A DNA stretch of 31,494 nucleotides from Kofleriaceae bacterium (GTDB taxonomy: Bacteria > Myxococcota_A > Polyangia > Haliangiales > Haliangiaceae), in NCBI GenBank assembly GCA_046597055.1, contig JBKJLC010000209.1, forward strand, positions 1 through 31,494. The letters are read 5' to 3'. Positions 1 through 12,700 of the stretch are shown here, piece after piece (positions within the stretch are counted from its first letter, which is position 1; each line of letters opens with the position of its first letter). The position numbers were made by a program, and so were the translations under genes. The notes beneath the pieces were generated by a model, which saw only the letters and a list, made by a program, of their open reading frames with translations, was not told the DNA's origin and did no database searches.

Positions 1-16
1 GGAGCTGGCGGGGTAG
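1..16 (+). CDS. Possible 3' end of an upstream gene (…ELAG*), truncated by the window edge
   Basis: Frame 2 reads GAG CTG GCG GGG TAG (stop at 14-16), followed by non-coding-like repeat sequence. It is too short to identify. Confidence 0.3.
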
Positions 17-28
17 GCGCGGGCGGAG

Positions 29-180
29 CGGGAGCGGGAGCGGGAGCGGGAGCGGGAGCGGGAGCGGGAGCGGGAGCGGGAGCGGGAGCGGGAGCGGGAG
101 CGGGAGAGAGAGCGGGAGAGGGAGAGGGAGAAGGAGAAGGAGAGGGAGCGGGAGAAGGAGGAGGAGGAGAGGAGAGGGAG
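29..180 (+). repeat. Hexamer tandem repeat (CGGGAG)x13 followed by a degenerate purine-rich hexamer tract
   Basis: There are 13 perfect CGGGAG units at 29-106. AGAGAG/CGGGAG/AGGGAG/AAGGAG/GAGGAG units keep the 6-nt period to about 166, and the tract stays purine-rich to 180. Confidence 0.97.
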
Positions 181-207
181 CACCCGCGGGGCGGCCGCGC
201 CCGCCGG

Positions 208-1275
208 CTACGGCCCGAACGTCGCCGGGTCGCGCACGAGCCGCACGACGATCCGCCCGACCGCTGCGATCGTCGCCGGGTCGACCTTGTCGGCGGTGTC
301 CGACGGCAGGTGGTAGTCGTCGTGCATGCTGGTCGACAGCCACAGGTAGCGCACCCCGGCCGCGCTGAAGCTGGCGTGATCGCCGCGGTACTCGATCGCC
401 GGCCGGACCAGGGACTCGAGCGGGCCCAGGTCGCTGGCGGCGACCACCGGGCGCCCTTCGCGGGCGCCGGCGGCCTTGGCCGCGAGCGCCAGGTCGCGCT
501 GGCCCGGCGAGGTCAGCGCGCCGATCCCGTCGGGCGCGACCAGGGCCCGCGCCAGCGCGTAGTCCTTGCCGGTCAGGAACCCGGCGCGCCCGATCATGTC
601 GAGGTTGATCATCAGGCGCGCGTCGCCGAGCGGCAGCAGTGGGTGCGCGACGTAGTGGGCCGATCCGTGGAGGCCGTCTTCCTCCGAGCCGAACGCGATC
701 ACCACCACGGTCACCGCGGGGCGCTGGCCGTCGTGCGCGAGCGACTCGGCGATCGCGACCAGCCCGGCGATGCCGGAGGCGTTGTCGTCGGCGCCGGGAT
801 GGATCTGGCCGTCGACCACGCCGAGGTGATCGTAGTGGGCGCCGATCACGACGTGGCCGGCGCGCGGATCGCTGCCGGGCAGCAGGCCGATCACGTTCTG
901 GCTGCGGGCGCCGTCGGGTCGGGTGAACGGCTGCAGGTAGCCGCCGTCGCCGCCGGGCTCGAGGCCGGCGGCGCGGAACCAGGCCGCGACCTTGTCGGCA
1001 GCCGCCGCCTCGTCACCGGTGCCGCCGCCGCGCCCGCGCAGCGCCGGATCGGTGAGCACCCCGACCCGCGCGCCGATGGAGGCGGCATCGACGAACCACA
1101 GGCCATCGACCACCGTCCCGCTGCTGGCGACCGGCGCCGGCGCGTCGGCCGGCACCGCGATCAGCCGCGGCCCACGCCGCTCGACCTCGCGACCGCAGCC
1201 AGCCGCGGCCACCAGCGCGCACAACCCGAGCGCACCGGCGGCGCGCACCGAGCCCGCGCGCCGGCGCACGATCAC
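208..1275 (-). CDS. M28 family Zn metallopeptidase, probable lipoprotein
   Basis: Motifs GAHYDHLG, GADDNASG, FGSEEDGL, NLDMIG and YHLPSDT. A basic N-terminus and hydrophobic stretch precede an AAGC lipobox. The GTG start overlaps the dapB stop (GTGA). Confidence 0.9.
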   Translation of the reverse strand: MIVRRRAGSVRAAGALGLCALVAAAGCGREVERRGPRLIAVPADAPAPVASSGTVVDGLWFVDAASIGARVGVLTDPALRGRGGGTGDEAAAADKVAAWFRAAGLEPGGDGGYLQPFTRPDGARSQNVIGLLPGSDPRAGHVVIGAHYDHLGVVDGQIHPGADDNASGIAGLVAIAESLAHDGQRPAVTVVVIAFGSEEDGLHGSAHYVAHPLLPLGDARLMINLDMIGRAGFLTGKDYALARALVAPDGIGALTSPGQRDLALAAKAAGAREGRPVVAASDLGPLESLVRPAIEYRGDHASFSAAGVRYLWLSTSMHDDYHLPSDTADKVDPATIAAVGRIVVRLVRDPATFGP

Positions 1276-2053
1276 CGCAGGCCCAGGACGTCGAGCATGT
1301 CGTAGCGACCCGGCTTGCGGCCGACCAGCCAGGCCGCCGCGCGCAGCGCACCCTGGGCAAAGATCCCGCGGTCGGTGGCGCGGTGGCTGATCTCGACCCG
1401 CTCGCCGGCGCCGAAGAAGTAGGCGGTGTGCTCGCCGACCACGTCGCCGCCACGCACCGCGACCGCGCCGATCTCGCCGTCGGGACGCGGGCCGACGTCG
1501 CCCTCGCGAGCGAACCGACCGACCACGGCCAGGTCCTGATCGCGCGCGGCCGCGATCGATCGCGCGATCGCCAGCGCGGTGCCCGACGGCGCGTCGCGCT
1601 TGGCCTTGTGGTGCAGCTCGACGATCTCGGCGTCCCAGTCGGGGCCGAGCGCGCGGGTGGCCTGCGCGACCAGCCCGAGCACCAGGTTGACGCCGACCGA
1701 GTAGTTGGCGGCGACCACCACCGGCGCGACCTCGGCCAGCGCGGCCAGCGCGGCCTCCGCCCTCACGGTGAGCCCGGTGGTGCCGATCACGGCGGCGACC
1801 CGCCGCCCGCGCGCGGCGTGGGCGATCGCCTCGGTGGCATCGGGCGTGGTGAAGTCGACGTAGACCGGCGCGGCCGCGAGCGCGGCGTCGATCAGCGCGG
1901 TGGTCACCACCCCGGGCGCGACCTCCCGACCGATCGCGGGCGAGTCGGCGCGGTCGAGCGCGGCCGCGATCCGGACCGCCGTCGAGCGCGCGGCGGCCGC
2001 GATCAGGGCCTGGCCCATGCGGCCGGTGGGCCCGAGGATCGTGACCGCGATGG

Positions 2054-2057
<4 letters not shown>
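1272..2057 (-). CDS. dapB: 4-hydroxy-tetrahydrodipicolinate reductase
   Basis: Motifs GPTGRMG, DFTTP, VIGTTG, ELHHKAKRDAPSGTA and RGGDVVGEH. The true start is inferred as GTG at 2057, overlapping the dapA TGA; the longer ORF to 2993 is an artefact. Confidence 0.96.
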
Positions 2058-2938
<881 letters not shown>

Positions 2939-3055
2939 GGTCTTCACCTCGGGCGGCAGCATGCGGGCGCGCTGTGACAGCGCGGGCACTCACATACCAG
3001 AACGCCGGACGACCGTCCGTGATTTCCTCGACGAGCGGGCGTCAGCGCGGCGCGC

Positions 3056-4006
3056 TCAAGGCTTCGGCGCGCGCAGGATCACGCGCGCCTGCGCGATGTC
3101 CTCGTCGATCTGGCGCAGCAGCGCGTCGACGGTGTCGTAGCGGGCCTCGTCGCGCAGCCGCGCGATCAACGCGACCCGGACCTCGGCGTCGTACAGATCG
3201 GCATCGAAGTCGAGCACGTGGACCTCGAGGGTCAGCGCGCCGGCGTCGACGAAGGTCGGGTTGGTCCCGAGGCTGGCGACCGCGGGCCGGGCCGGGCCGG
3301 CCGCGCCGGGGCCCTTGCACGCCAGGGTGACCGCGTAGATGCCGGGGGCGACCAGCAGATCGCCGGCGGGGGCGATGTTGGCGGTCGGGATACCGAGGCC
3401 CTTGCCGCGACCGGCGCCGCGCACGACCACGCCGTCGATGTCCCAGGGCCGGCCCAGCAGCGCGGTCGCGCGCGCCAGGTCGCCGCCGCGCAGGTAGCGG
3501 CGGATCCGCGACGACGACGCCACCTCGCCGTCGACGGTCACCGCGGCGACCACGTCGACCGTGAAGCCGTGGCAGGCGCCCTCCGCCGCCAGGGTCTCGA
3601 CCGTGCCCGAGCGCGCCTGGCCGTACGAGAAGTCGTGGCCGACGATCAGGTGGCGCGCGCCGAGCGAGCGCACCAGGACCTCGGTGATGAAGGCCGGCGC
3701 CGGCAGCGCGGCGAGCTCGGCGGTGAACGGCTCGACCACGACCGCGTCGACCCCGGCCGCCGCCAGCAGCTCGAGCTTGCGCGCGGTGGTGGTCAGGAGC
3801 GGCGGCGCCAGGTGCGGCACCAGCACCCGGGTCGGGTGCGGATCGAACGTGAGCACGACCACCTCACCGCCGGTCGCGGCGGCGCGCTCCTTCGCGCGCG
3901 CCAGCAGCGCGGCGTGGCCGTGGTGGATGCCGTCGAAGTTGCCGATCGCGATCGCCGGCGATCGCAGCGCTCGGTGAGGCGCGCGATGTCCGGCCAGCAC
4001 GTCCAT
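3056..4006 (-). CDS. ribF: Bifunctional riboflavin kinase/FAD synthetase
   Basis: Motifs IGNFDGIHHGH, TFDPHP, VGHDFSYG, SSSRIR, GIPTAN, GTNPTF, LEVHVLDF and LRDE. Confidence 0.97.
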   Translation of the reverse strand: MDVLAGHRAPHRALRSPAIAIGNFDGIHHGHAALLARAKERAAATGGEVVVLTFDPHPTRVLVPHLAPPLLTTTARKLELLAAAGVDAVVVEPFTAELAALPAPAFITEVLVRSLGARHLIVGHDFSYGQARSGTVETLAAEGACHGFTVDVVAAVTVDGEVASSSRIRRYLRGGDLARATALLGRPWDIDGVVVRGAGRGKGLGIPTANIAPAGDLLVAPGIYAVTLACKGPGAAGPARPAVASLGTNPTFVDAGALTLEVHVLDFDADLYDAEVRVALIARLRDEARYDTVDALLRQIDEDIAQARVILRAPKP

Positions 4007-4030
4007 GGCCGGGCACCTTACCCGCTGACC

Positions 4031-4924
4031 TCAGGTCAGGGCAAACGGCGCGGCCAGCAGCACGGCCAGGGTCGCCCCGGCCAGCGCCTGATGGACCGGG
4101 CGCGCGACCTGGTCGGCGACGGCGGCGACCGCGAGCCCGAGCCCGAGCGTCCAGGCGGCGAGCGCCGGCGTGGCCAGCGGCAGCGCGAGTGGCACCAGCG
4201 TGGCCAGCGCGCCGACCGCGAGCGCACCCAGCCAGCGATCGGCCCGCGCGCGCGCGAGCGCGATCACCCCGAGCGCGCCGGCGATGATCGCGATCGGGCC
4301 CAGCCGGTCGACCGCGTCGGCCAGCCACGCGGCCGCACCGGCGCTCGCCGGTGGCGCGGCCCACGACGGCCCGTGGCCGAGCGCGCCGAGCAGCACCAGC
4401 AGCGCGGCCGTGAGCCCGCCGAGCCACGGCGCCAGCGACAGCCAGCGCGCGCGCGGATCGGCGCGCCGCGTGATCAGCGCGGCCGCCACCAGCGCCAGCG
4501 GCCACGCGCGCAGGTCGGCGATCACCACGACCACCGCCAGCAGCGCGGCGACCAGGCCCCGATCGACCGGATGATCGCCGGCGCGGACCAGCCGCTCGCT
4601 GGCCGTCAACAGGCCGGCGGTCGCCACCAGCGCGATCGCCTCGGCGCCCAAGACCGCACCGGCGGCGCGCGCCGGCGGACACGCGGCGAGCCACCCGCCC
4701 GCGACCGCGCCGCCGATCACGCCGCTCCAGCCCGCGCGCGCCGCGGCAACCACGTGGGTGGTCAGGCCGACCGCGAGCGCGACCAGCGCCGGGCTCACCC
4801 AGGCGCCCGGCGCGGGCGCAGCGCCAGTGGCCACCGCGATCGGCGCCACCAGGCTGGTCAGCGCGATCGCCGCGAGCGCGAGCGGCGCGAGCCGTCGGGT
4901 CCGGGCCAGGGGATCGAGCATCAC
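4031..4924 (-). CDS. Hypothetical polytopic membrane protein (Ala/Leu-rich)
   Basis: The ORF has many hydrophobic segments and fills the gap between the gdh terminator and ribF. TAGCGT lies 6 nt upstream of the GTG. No family recognised. Confidence 0.7.
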   Translation of the reverse strand: MMLDPLARTRRLAPLALAAIALTSLVAPIAVATGAAPAPGAWVSPALVALAVGLTTHVVAAARAGWSGVIGGAVAGGWLAACPPARAAGAVLGAEAIALVATAGLLTASERLVRAGDHPVDRGLVAALLAVVVVIADLRAWPLALVAAALITRRADPRARWLSLAPWLGGLTAALLVLLGALGHGPSWAAPPASAGAAAWLADAVDRLGPIAIIAGALGVIALARARADRWLGALAVGALATLVPLALPLATPALAAWTLGLGLAVAAVADQVARPVHQALAGATLAVLLAAPFALT

Positions 4925-4957
4925 CGGGTGACGCTAGGGCCCGCGCCCCGATGGCGC

Positions 4958-4985
4958 AAAAAAACGGCGGCCGGGCCCGGCCGGG
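4958..4985 (-). terminator. Intrinsic terminator downstream of the glutamate dehydrogenase gene
   Basis: The palindrome CGGCCGGGCCCGGCCG (4968-4983) is followed on the minus strand by CCG-T7 (A7 at 4958-4964), about 10 nt after the stop. Confidence 0.7.
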
Positions 4986-4993
4986 TCAGCTGA

Positions 4994-6319
<1,326 letters not shown>

Positions 6320-6407
6320 GTGAGGTTCCTTGTTGGCGGGCAGTGACGTGCGCGGCGATGTATACGAACGCTGCGATGTTCCGCAAGCGTGCGCAGAGCC
6401 GGATTCA

Positions 6408-7772
6408 ATGATGGACGAAGACAAAGCGCAACAGCACGACCGGCGCCTGGCCGGCACGATCGTCTCCGGCGGGCGCCTGCGTGCGCTGGTGCTCGAGCTG
6501 TGGCAGCGGACGCGGCTCGACTGGGGCTTCGTCAGCGACCGACTCTCGCAGACGTTCCGCAAGGAAGCCTGGCTCGGCTCCGGTGACCGTCGGTTCGTCG
6601 CCGAGACGCTCTACGGCATGGTGCGTCATCTGCGGCGCATCGACGCCGCGGTGGGTGCGGGTGCGCGCCGCGGTGCGTCGCCGCGCGATGCCGAGCGGCT
6701 GGTCGCGTACTTCGTGCTCGAGGGCATGCTGTCGGTCGACGACGCGAAGCGCGCCGAGCCCGCGATCGACTGGCGCAAGGCGGCGGCGATCGACGAGGTG
6801 CTCGCGAAGGAGCGCGACCCGGCCAAGCGGATCGCCATGGCCTGCTCGCTGCCCGACTGGCTGGCGGCTCGCCTGGTCGCCGACTGGGGCGATCGCGCCG
6901 AACCGCTCGCGCGCTCCTTGAATCACCGCGCGCCGATGACGATCCGCGCCAACCGGCTCAAGACGACCCGCGACGAGCTCGCGCGCGCGCTGGCGGGCCA
7001 GCAGCTACGGACCGAGCCCGGCGCCCACGCGGCTGACGCCCTGCACGTGCTCACGCGCACCAACCTGTTCGGCCTGCCCGAGCTCAAGGCCGGCTGGTTC
7101 GAGGCGCAGGACGAGGGCAGCCAGCTGCTCGCCGAGCTGGTGACCGCGTCGCCGGATCCGACCGCGCCGATCAAGATCCCGGTGGTGGTCGACATGTGCG
7201 CGGGCGCCGGCGGCAAGACGCTCGCGCTGGCCGCGGCGATGGGCAACCACGGCCGCGTGATCGCGTGCGATATCGATGCCGGCAAGCTCGACGAGCTGCG
7301 CCGGCGCGGCCGCCGGGCCGGGGTCACCACGGTCGAGACCCACCTCCTGCCCGGCGGCGACTGGCCCGACGCGCTGGAGTCGCGGCGCGATCACGTCCCG
7401 CGCGTGCTGGTCGACGCCCCGTGCACCGGCACCGGCGCGCTCCGCCGCAACCCGGAGGCGCGCTGGCGCATGCAGGCCGGCGAGCTCGACGGCTTCGTCC
7501 GCCGCCAGGTCGAGATCACCAGCCGCGCCGCGAGCCTGCTCGCGCCTGGCGGCCGGCTGATCTACGCGACCTGCAGCCTGCTGACCGCGGAGAACCAGGG
7601 CGTCGCCGAGACGGTCGCGGCCGCGCGCGGTCTGCGCGTCATGCGGTTGCAGGAGGTGCTGGGCGACCGCGCCGCCGGGCTCGCGAGCGACGACGGGCGG
7701 TTCTTCTCGGTCGCGCCCGACCGCCACGGCACCGATGGCTTTTTTGCCGCCATCCTCGAGCGCCCCCGGTAG
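6408..7772 (+). CDS. RsmB/NOP family m5C RNA methyltransferase
   Basis: Motifs QDEGSQL, DMCAGAGGKT, VLVDAPCTGTG, LRRNPE, YATCS, EN and TDGFFAA. The start is 6408 or 6411. Confidence 0.93.
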   Translation: MMDEDKAQQHDRRLAGTIVSGGRLRALVLELWQRTRLDWGFVSDRLSQTFRKEAWLGSGDRRFVAETLYGMVRHLRRIDAAVGAGARRGASPRDAERLVAYFVLEGMLSVDDAKRAEPAIDWRKAAAIDEVLAKERDPAKRIAMACSLPDWLAARLVADWGDRAEPLARSLNHRAPMTIRANRLKTTRDELARALAGQQLRTEPGAHAADALHVLTRTNLFGLPELKAGWFEAQDEGSQLLAELVTASPDPTAPIKIPVVVDMCAGAGGKTLALAAAMGNHGRVIACDIDAGKLDELRRRGRRAGVTTVETHLLPGGDWPDALESRRDHVPRVLVDAPCTGTGALRRNPEARWRMQAGELDGFVRRQVEITSRAASLLAPGGRLIYATCSLLTAENQGVAETVAAARGLRVMRLQEVLGDRAAGLASDDGRFFSVAPDRHGTDGFFAAILERPR

Positions 7773-7889
7773 CCGCGGGCTAGCCGCGGCTGCGGGCCTT
7801 CGAGACACGTTGCGGAACGCAACGCGAACTCGCGACGCCGCCCACATGTGCTCGTGCGCGTCGTGGTGATAGGTTGCCGGGGCACCCGC

Positions 7890-9602
7890 ATGTCGGTCGA
7901 CTTCACTGTCATCAAGGATCTTGCCGGGCTCCGCGAGCTCGAACCCGCGTGGCGCGAGCTGGCCCAGCTGGGCGGCTCCGGCGCGCTGTTCCGCGGCCCC
8001 GATTGGCTGATGCCGTGGTGGCACGCGTACCACCAAGTGCTCCATGCCGAGCCGGTGGTGCTGGTCGGGCGCGCCGGCGACGAGCTGGTCTGCATCGCGC
8101 CGCTGTACCTGCGCACCAACAAGCTGCCGCTGGTCGAGGTCCGCGAGCTGCGCCTGTTCGGCGACGCCGGCCCGCGGCCGCCCGCGCTCGACATCATCGT
8201 GCGCCCGGGCTGGGAGGACAAGGCCGGCACCCAGCTCGCGCGCGAGCTGGTCGACCTGGGCAAGAGCTGGGACGTGATCGACCTCGAGCCGCTCGCGGAT
8301 CCGTCGCGCACCCGCGCCAACCTCATCGCGCGGCTCGGCTCGGCCGGCTTCATGGTCGAGTCGTCGCCGACCGCCGGTGGCGCGCGCCGCCTGGCCTTGT
8401 CGCTCTTGCGGCCCGAGGTCGACGCCGCCTCGTCGTCGGGCGACAGCCTGGTGACGGTCTACGCCGACGATCCGGTCTCGATCCGCAAGGGCATGAGCGC
8501 GCTGCGCCGGCTGTCGCGCCTCGAGTGGGCCGATCGCGACGAGCAGAGCCCGCTCGCCGACGCCGAGGCGGTCGGGCTGCTCGAGGAGGTCGCCACCACG
8601 CAGGGCAAGCTCGGCCGCGCCCGGCTCGCGCTGCACGCCGACTCGTCGGGCGAGGCGGTCGCCGCCGCGCTGGTGGTCGACGACGGTGAGCGTGCGGTCG
8701 TGCTCGCGCTCGCGGTCGATCCGGAGCACGTCGCGCGCGGGGCCGCGGCCCGGTTGATCGCGGTCGAGGCCGCGGCGGCCGCCGCGCGCGGGCGGGTCGC
8801 GCTCGACGTCGTCACCGGCGCCGCCGAGTACCCGCTGCCGCCGTTGCCGATGTCGCGCCAGGGCGCGCTGGCCGTGCGGATCTGGAACGCGACCCGCGGG
8901 GCCTCGGTCAGCCGCACCTACGAGGGGGTCCGCCGGCGTGCCCGCGCGGTCCGCGAGACCCCCGGGGTGGCAGCCTCCCAGGCCCGGGCCGCGTGGGCGC
9001 GCATCCGGAGCGCGGCCCAGGAAGTCGCCGGGTACCAGCGCATGCACCTCTATCGTGGCCAGCTGTGGACGCGCGGCATCGAGCCGACGGCGGGGCTGGT
9101 GCTCGCCCGCTTCACCGAGGCCGACTTCGACGCGCTGCCGCCCCAGGCCAAGGCCGACATCAGCGAGCAGCTCGTGCTCGACGAGGCCCAGGCCCGGGCC
9201 AGCTGGGGCCGCGGCGATCTCGCGCTGCTGGCCCGGCTCCACGACCGGCCGGCCGGCATCGCCTGGGCCGCGCGCGGCCCGGTCGAGGTCCCCGAGCTGG
9301 CCCGCACCCTGTCGCTGTCGAAGTACGAGGCCTACATCCACGACGTCTACGTCGCCGGCGCGGCCCGCGGGCGCGCGGTCGCCCCGGTCATGCTCGAGCA
9401 GCTCGCCCGCGAGCTCCGTGACCTCGACGTGTTCCGGGCCTGGGCGCTGATCGGCGCCGACAACCAGGGCTCGGTCCGCGCCTTCGAGAAGGCCAGCTAC
9501 ACCGCGGTGTGCGACGTCATCTACGCCCGGATGGCGAGCGTGAACCGGATCGTCCTGCGGCCCCCGGATCCCGAGGCCAAGGAGCTGTTCGGGATCGTGT
9601 GA
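7890..9602 (+). CDS. Multi-domain GNAT acetyltransferase (N-terminal CelD/BcsL-like region plus C-terminal GNAT)
   Basis: The N-terminus LEPAWREL…[12 protein letters not shown]…LVCIAPL is typical of CelD-like proteins. The C-terminus [17 protein letters not shown]…[13 protein letters not shown] matches GNAT motifs A/B. ATG at 7890. Confidence 0.75.
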   Translation: MSVDFTVIKDLAGLRELEPAWRELAQLGGSGALFRGPDWLMPWWHAYHQVLHAEPVVLVGRAGDELVCIAPLYLRTNKLPLVEVRELRLFGDAGPRPPALDIIVRPGWEDKAGTQLARELVDLGKSWDVIDLEPLADPSRTRANLIARLGSAGFMVESSPTAGGARRLALSLLRPEVDAASSSGDSLVTVYADDPVSIRKGMSALRRLSRLEWADRDEQSPLADAEAVGLLEEVATTQGKLGRARLALHADSSGEAVAAALVVDDGERAVVLALAVDPEHVARGAAARLIAVEAAAAAARGRVALDVVTGAAEYPLPPLPMSRQGALAVRIWNATRGASVSRTYEGVRRRARAVRETPGVAASQARAAWARIRSAAQEVAGYQRMHLYRGQLWTRGIEPTAGLVLARFTEADFDALPPQAKADISEQLVLDEAQARASWGRGDLALLARLHDRPAGIAWAARGPVEVPELARTLSLSKYEAYIHDVYVAGAARGRAVAPVMLEQLARELRDLDVFRAWALIGADNQGSVRAFEKASYTAVCDVIYARMASVNRIVLRPPDPEAKELFGIV

Positions 9603-9654
9603 GCGAGCGAATGAAGCGGGCGCCCCGGATTCGCGCTAAGCCTTCGGCTACGAC

Positions 9655-9951
9655 ATGACCGCCACCGAGCGCATCACCATGGTGGTCCTCAACGAGGACG
9701 GCACCCGCGACAAGTTCATGCTGTCCTCGTGGGTCGGCATCCCGCGCAAGCACGAGCTCATGTGGCTCGGCGACGACCCGTACATGGTGATCGAGGTCGA
9801 GTACGCGGTGGCCGAGGGGTTCTTCGGCGCGCGCTCGATCGACGCCGCCGGCATCTACGTCCGGCGCCTGACCAAGGACGAGCAGGAGGCGGTCGCCCGC
9901 CGCCTGGCCAACCCGATCCGCGGCAAGGACGAGCAGCCGTTCCGGCCGTGA
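9655..9951 (+). CDS. Hypothetical protein (98 aa)
   Basis: Host-like codon usage (third positions mostly G/C) and a globular amino-acid composition. No family recognised. Confidence 0.8.
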   Translation: MTATERITMVVLNEDGTRDKFMLSSWVGIPRKHELMWLGDDPYMVIEVEYAVAEGFFGARSIDAAGIYVRRLTKDEQEAVARRLANPIRGKDEQPFRP

Positions 9952-10297
9952 TCGCGCGCTGACCGCCTCCGCCCACTGGCCCGTGCAGGGTGCGGCAGCC
10001 ACCCGCACCACGGCTGCATCGGCGGTGGCCGCGCTGATGGCGAGTAGCGTGGCGCCTTCGGAACGCGCATGTTCATCGCCGGGCGCGGCGATTCCGCGGC
10101 CTCGCCCGCGCTATGCCAGGCGCCGGCTGGACGCGCCGATCACGTGTGACTCGCCGATCGCCGGGGCACCGGCCGCGCACCGGCCAGCGGCGACTGCCAA
10201 GCGATCCGGCGCCGCGTCCGAATGACACCACGCCGCCTGGCCCTGCCGACACCGAGTCCGCGCTCCGGAGGCATCAGCCCGCGCATAGGATGCGGGC

Positions 10298-10711
10298 ATG
10301 TACCTGCGGCACCTGCGCGTGCAGAACGTGAAGCTCCTCCGCGATGTCGCGATCGACTTCGTGGGCGCCGACGGCAAGCCGCGCATGTGGACGGTGTTCG
10401 TCGGTGAGAACCGCCTGTGCAAGACGACGTTGCTGCAGACCATCGCTGTCGCGGCAAGCGGGCGCGACAAGGGCACACACCTGGCGACCGATGTGATCGA
10501 CTCGTGGCCCGATCTACGGCGACCGGAGGCAACGATCGAGATCGACGCGGACTTCGAGTTCAGCAAGGAGCGACACGCGCGACGCGAATACTTGGCAAGC
10601 AACGGCGTGGTCAACCGGACATTCGCTGGACCCCCGAGACTCCACTCTCGCCTCGCACTGGCACTCGGCCGCAGCGTGTTCGATGGCGAGAGCGATCAGC
10701 ATCGCAAGTGC
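10298..10711 (+). pseudogene. N-terminal fragment of an ABC/AAA_21-type ATPase (PtuA-like)
   Basis: MYLRHLRVQNVKLLRDVAIDF…WTVFVGENRLCKTTLLQTIA is the typical start of these ATPases with a Walker A-like loop. No signature motif or Walker B follows. Confidence 0.75.
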
Positions 10712-11300
10712 TCTTTGCGAGAAGCGCGAGGAGCAAGCCAAGTATCGGGACGTCGAGCACTACCGACCGAAGGCGCACTATTGGTGGCTCGCATGGAACT
10801 GGGACAACCTGCTCTTCGCATGCTTCGAGTGCAATCGCGACCACAAGGGCGAGCGATTTCCACTGGTGGACGAGACGACGCGGCTTGTCGCCGAGGCCAT
10901 CCCCCCTGGTCGTGAGCAGCCCTTGATCCTCGACCCGTACGATCCCTCCATCGATCCGCGACGCCATATTGAGTTTCGGCGCGATAGGGTCCAAGGCAAG
11001 GAACGCTGGACGCCATATGGCCTTACCGAGTGCGGCAGGACGACTATCACGATCTGCGGCCTGGATCGTCCATCGTTGCTCGGGCGCTACGGTGAGCATG
11101 TCCGCGATCTCGTCCGGCCCAAGATCGGGTTGTTCGAAGGCGCGTGTACGTCCGGGGACGCCCAGCAGATGGCGGCGGCCTGGTCGACGTTGCGGCGCAG
11201 CCTCCTCGCCCCTGGCCAGGAGTTCTGTGCGCGATCGCGCGACGCCGTACGGGCGCTCGTGTCCGTGAAGATTCGTGAGCGCTTAGATCTGGACCTGTAG
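10697..11300 (+). pseudogene. HNH endonuclease (PtuB-like), N-truncated and frameshifted
   Basis: QHRKC reads in frame 2. CEK…DVEHYRPK…YWWLAWNWDNLLFACFECNRDHKGERFPL…PLILDP reads in frame 3. Only 4 nt (TCTT, 10712-10715) separate the two Cys codons of the expected CxxC. Confidence 0.8.
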
Positions 11301-11332
11301 ACGCTCCTGAGCGGCTACCTGCGCGACCCGGC

Positions 11333-12381
<1,049 letters not shown>

Positions 12382-12382
<1 letters not shown>

Positions 12383-12663
12383 CAGCCGCGCACCAGGTCG
12401 ACCACGCGCAGGATGATCAAGAGACCGCCGACGCCGAGCGCGAGCAGCACCGCGACCACCGAGAGGCCGAGGGTGCCCTGCGACTCCTGCTGGATGCCTT
12501 TCCACATGCCGACCATGGCCGGGATCGCACCCGACAAAGCGACGATGCCGCCGAGGATCGAGCCTTCGGTGAAGCCGCCGAGCAAGCCGATCACGAGGCC
12601 AACGGCGACGAGACCGAACGCGACCGCGGCGGGGACTTTCGAATCAGGAACAGGCTGGGCCAT
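12382..12663 (-). CDS. Small Gly-rich membrane protein (about 3 TM, 93 aa)
   Basis: Three hydrophobic segments, a GGAGG SD upstream, and a stop overlapping the apbE start. Confidence 0.8.
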
Positions 12664-12700
12664 CCGCGAACCTCCGCGGACAGCCTAGCATCCACCCGAG

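Noticed and set aside
29..180. Repeat tract as a CRISPR array
   Set aside because: It has a 6-nt period with no unique spacers, and there are no cas genes in the window.
6355..6379. Direct repeat GCGATGT x2 in the gdh/RsmB divergent gap
   Set aside because: Two 7-mers could be chance, and no regulator can be assigned from sequence alone.
9952..11300. Intact retron or Septu system
   Set aside because: There is no reverse transcriptase, the ATPase lacks Walker B and the signature motif, and the HNH is truncated and frameshifted.
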